A stretch of 64,000 nucleotides of DNA from Felis catus (taxonomy: Eukaryota), in assembly GCF_018350175.1 (NCBI RefSeq), contig NC_058368.1, positions 237,400,001-237,464,000 of the forward strand. Reading direction: 5' to 3'. Positions 62,491 to 64,000 of the stretch are shown piece after piece. A model generated the notes under the pieces. That model had not been told where the DNA came from and ran no database searches. It saw nothing but the letters and a program-made list of their open reading frames with translations. Both the position numbers and the translations under genes were made by a program. How positions within the stretch are numbered: the first letter of the stretch is position 1; every line of letters starts with the position of its first letter.

Positions 62491-64000
62491 GGCCAGGGAC
62501 CATCCCAGCAGACATGACCTCTGTCCCCATGGGTTCTGTGACTCTCCACAGTCTGCCAACAAAGCATCCATCTCAGACTCCGAAATGACGTCCTCACAGC
62601 ACTTTGCTTCTCGTCCACGCTTTTGTTCATCATTTTTGTGTTCGCTGAAGGTGAATTGAAATGTGTGGAGATGTGTGTGAGGTGACTCCCAGGGTCCAGT
62701 CCCCCGGTGCCACACCGTGTGCGCACGAGCCCCTAAGTTTGGTCTCCGACAACATGGGATACATGCCCGTTCTTCAATAAATGCAAGGGTGCTCTTGTAA
62801 CGTGGACGCAGCGAATTCTCTTTCTCCTACGTAAATAAACATGATGGCCACGTTTCTTCATCCCCATCACCCTCTCGCTCTTCTACGTGTTCCATCTCTC
62901 TAACTTTCAGAGGACCCCAGCTCACTTTTCTGTGTTATCCTGCTTCCTCATGTGCAAAGATAACTGGCCATCGATACAACCTTCAGGTGCAACCCAGGAA
63001 CATAAACGTGCAAATTCAACGGGCAAGAACTTTCGGCAGATCTGACCGTCTCTGGTTCATTCTACGATTCAGGGCAGCAAACAGGAATTGTTGAGTCACG
63101 CTGCAGAGAAGACAATCTGGCAACGAGGAGCCCTCCAAGACCGACATCGCTACGTGAAAACCAAATCACACGGTGAACCTGACGTCTGTGACGTGACCGC
63201 CCAAGCCGTGTGCTTGTGGGAGGCTCTCCCACGTCCCCTGGTCCAGGCCGATGGTTCTTCCCGGGGACAAAACCGCTCGATGGTGCAACAATCTCCATCC
63301 TACTGTTTTCTTGCAGACCACGCTCCCTGTCCAACCCCACTATCTGACAGATCCCCCGCCAAATGCCTCCTTTTCCTTGGGGGGGGACCCCATAACCCTC
63401 AGGCACTACCGCTCCTCTCCTGGAGTGTCCTGTCCGGGCATGGCTTGAAGGCTCCCAGACCTTTTTCATGTCTGAGCCCCCTGAAGCTCCAGGCACAGTG
63501 CCTTCAAAGCCCCCAAAGTCGTAGGGCCACAGCCCGTGTTCGTGGCATCCAGTGATATCAGGAAGGACCCCTCCCTCTAGAGTCGTCGGCCTCAGCCCTC
63601 CCTTCGCTTCCCAGATGAGCCGGGTTCCAGGGGGCAGCCCTCTATGCTCCTGTTGCCTGGCTCCTCTGTGAGCAGAGCATACTCGGGCATCTCTGGGTGA
63701 TGGAGGCAGGCTCCCTGCTGACCTAGTGGCCCTGGTTCCCTTTGAAGACTCGATGCCAGGCTCCCTGGGCGAAGCAGTCAGCTGGAATCTGTCTTTGCAG
63801 GGCGACTCCATTTCCCCAACGCTACTGCAGAAGGGAAGGCCAGCAAGCTAGAGACAATTACTCGTCGATTAAGGGGAGGGGAGGGTAGAAAACAGTTCTG
63901 GGGCATGGGTGTTAGGTGGCAGGCTGGTGGATGTGAGATGTCACATGACCCAGCGGCAGGAATGCGTAAAATCATTCCAGCCCGTGAGGGTCCGACCACA

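Noticed and set aside
1..64000. Long ORFs in the supplied track (e.g. 6316-7056, 6537-7259, 21536-22240, 50656-51402, 63062-63811) as protein-coding genes
   Set aside because: They are mostly Pro/Arg/Gly/Ala-rich, overlap on both strands, and show no recognisable domains or exon structure. This is expected by chance in GC-rich DNA, and several are translations of SINE/L1/LTR sequence.
1..64000. A novel multi-gene system, CRISPR array or prokaryotic element
   Set aside because: The DNA is mammalian and repeat-laden, with no operon structure and no regularly spaced repeat-spacer array. The recurring ~200-bp repeats are dispersed SINEs.

Overview
This is mammalian genomic DNA, almost certainly a cat-family (felid/feliform) carnivore, judged from 13 CAN-SINE (SINEC_Fc-like) copies and a felid-type L1 3' end. 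The window appears entirely non-coding (gene desert or large intron). I recognise no intact protein-coding exon, tRNA, rRNA or snRNA, and the supplied ORFs are chance ORFs in GC-rich DNA or decayed repeat translations. The only gene-derived sequence is a decayed RPL17 processed pseudogene (about 33878-34480), inserted into an old L1. The rest is interspersed repeats (CAN-SINEs, ancient L1M fragments, MLT1 and MER34-like LTRs, a MER58-type MITE, MIR, L2), microsatellites, GC/CpG-rich unique DNA, and AT-rich, homeodomain-motif-rich unique blocks that look like conserved enhancers. I found no convincing novel biological system. The best leads are evolutionary or regulatory: an apparent AT-to-GC substitution bias in some repeats, a SINE doublet sharing one target-site duplication (TSD), a close inverted SINE pair, and candidate enhancers. 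Repeat subfamily names come from recalled consensus sequences and old-repeat boundaries are approximate; RepeatMasker/Dfam should confirm both.
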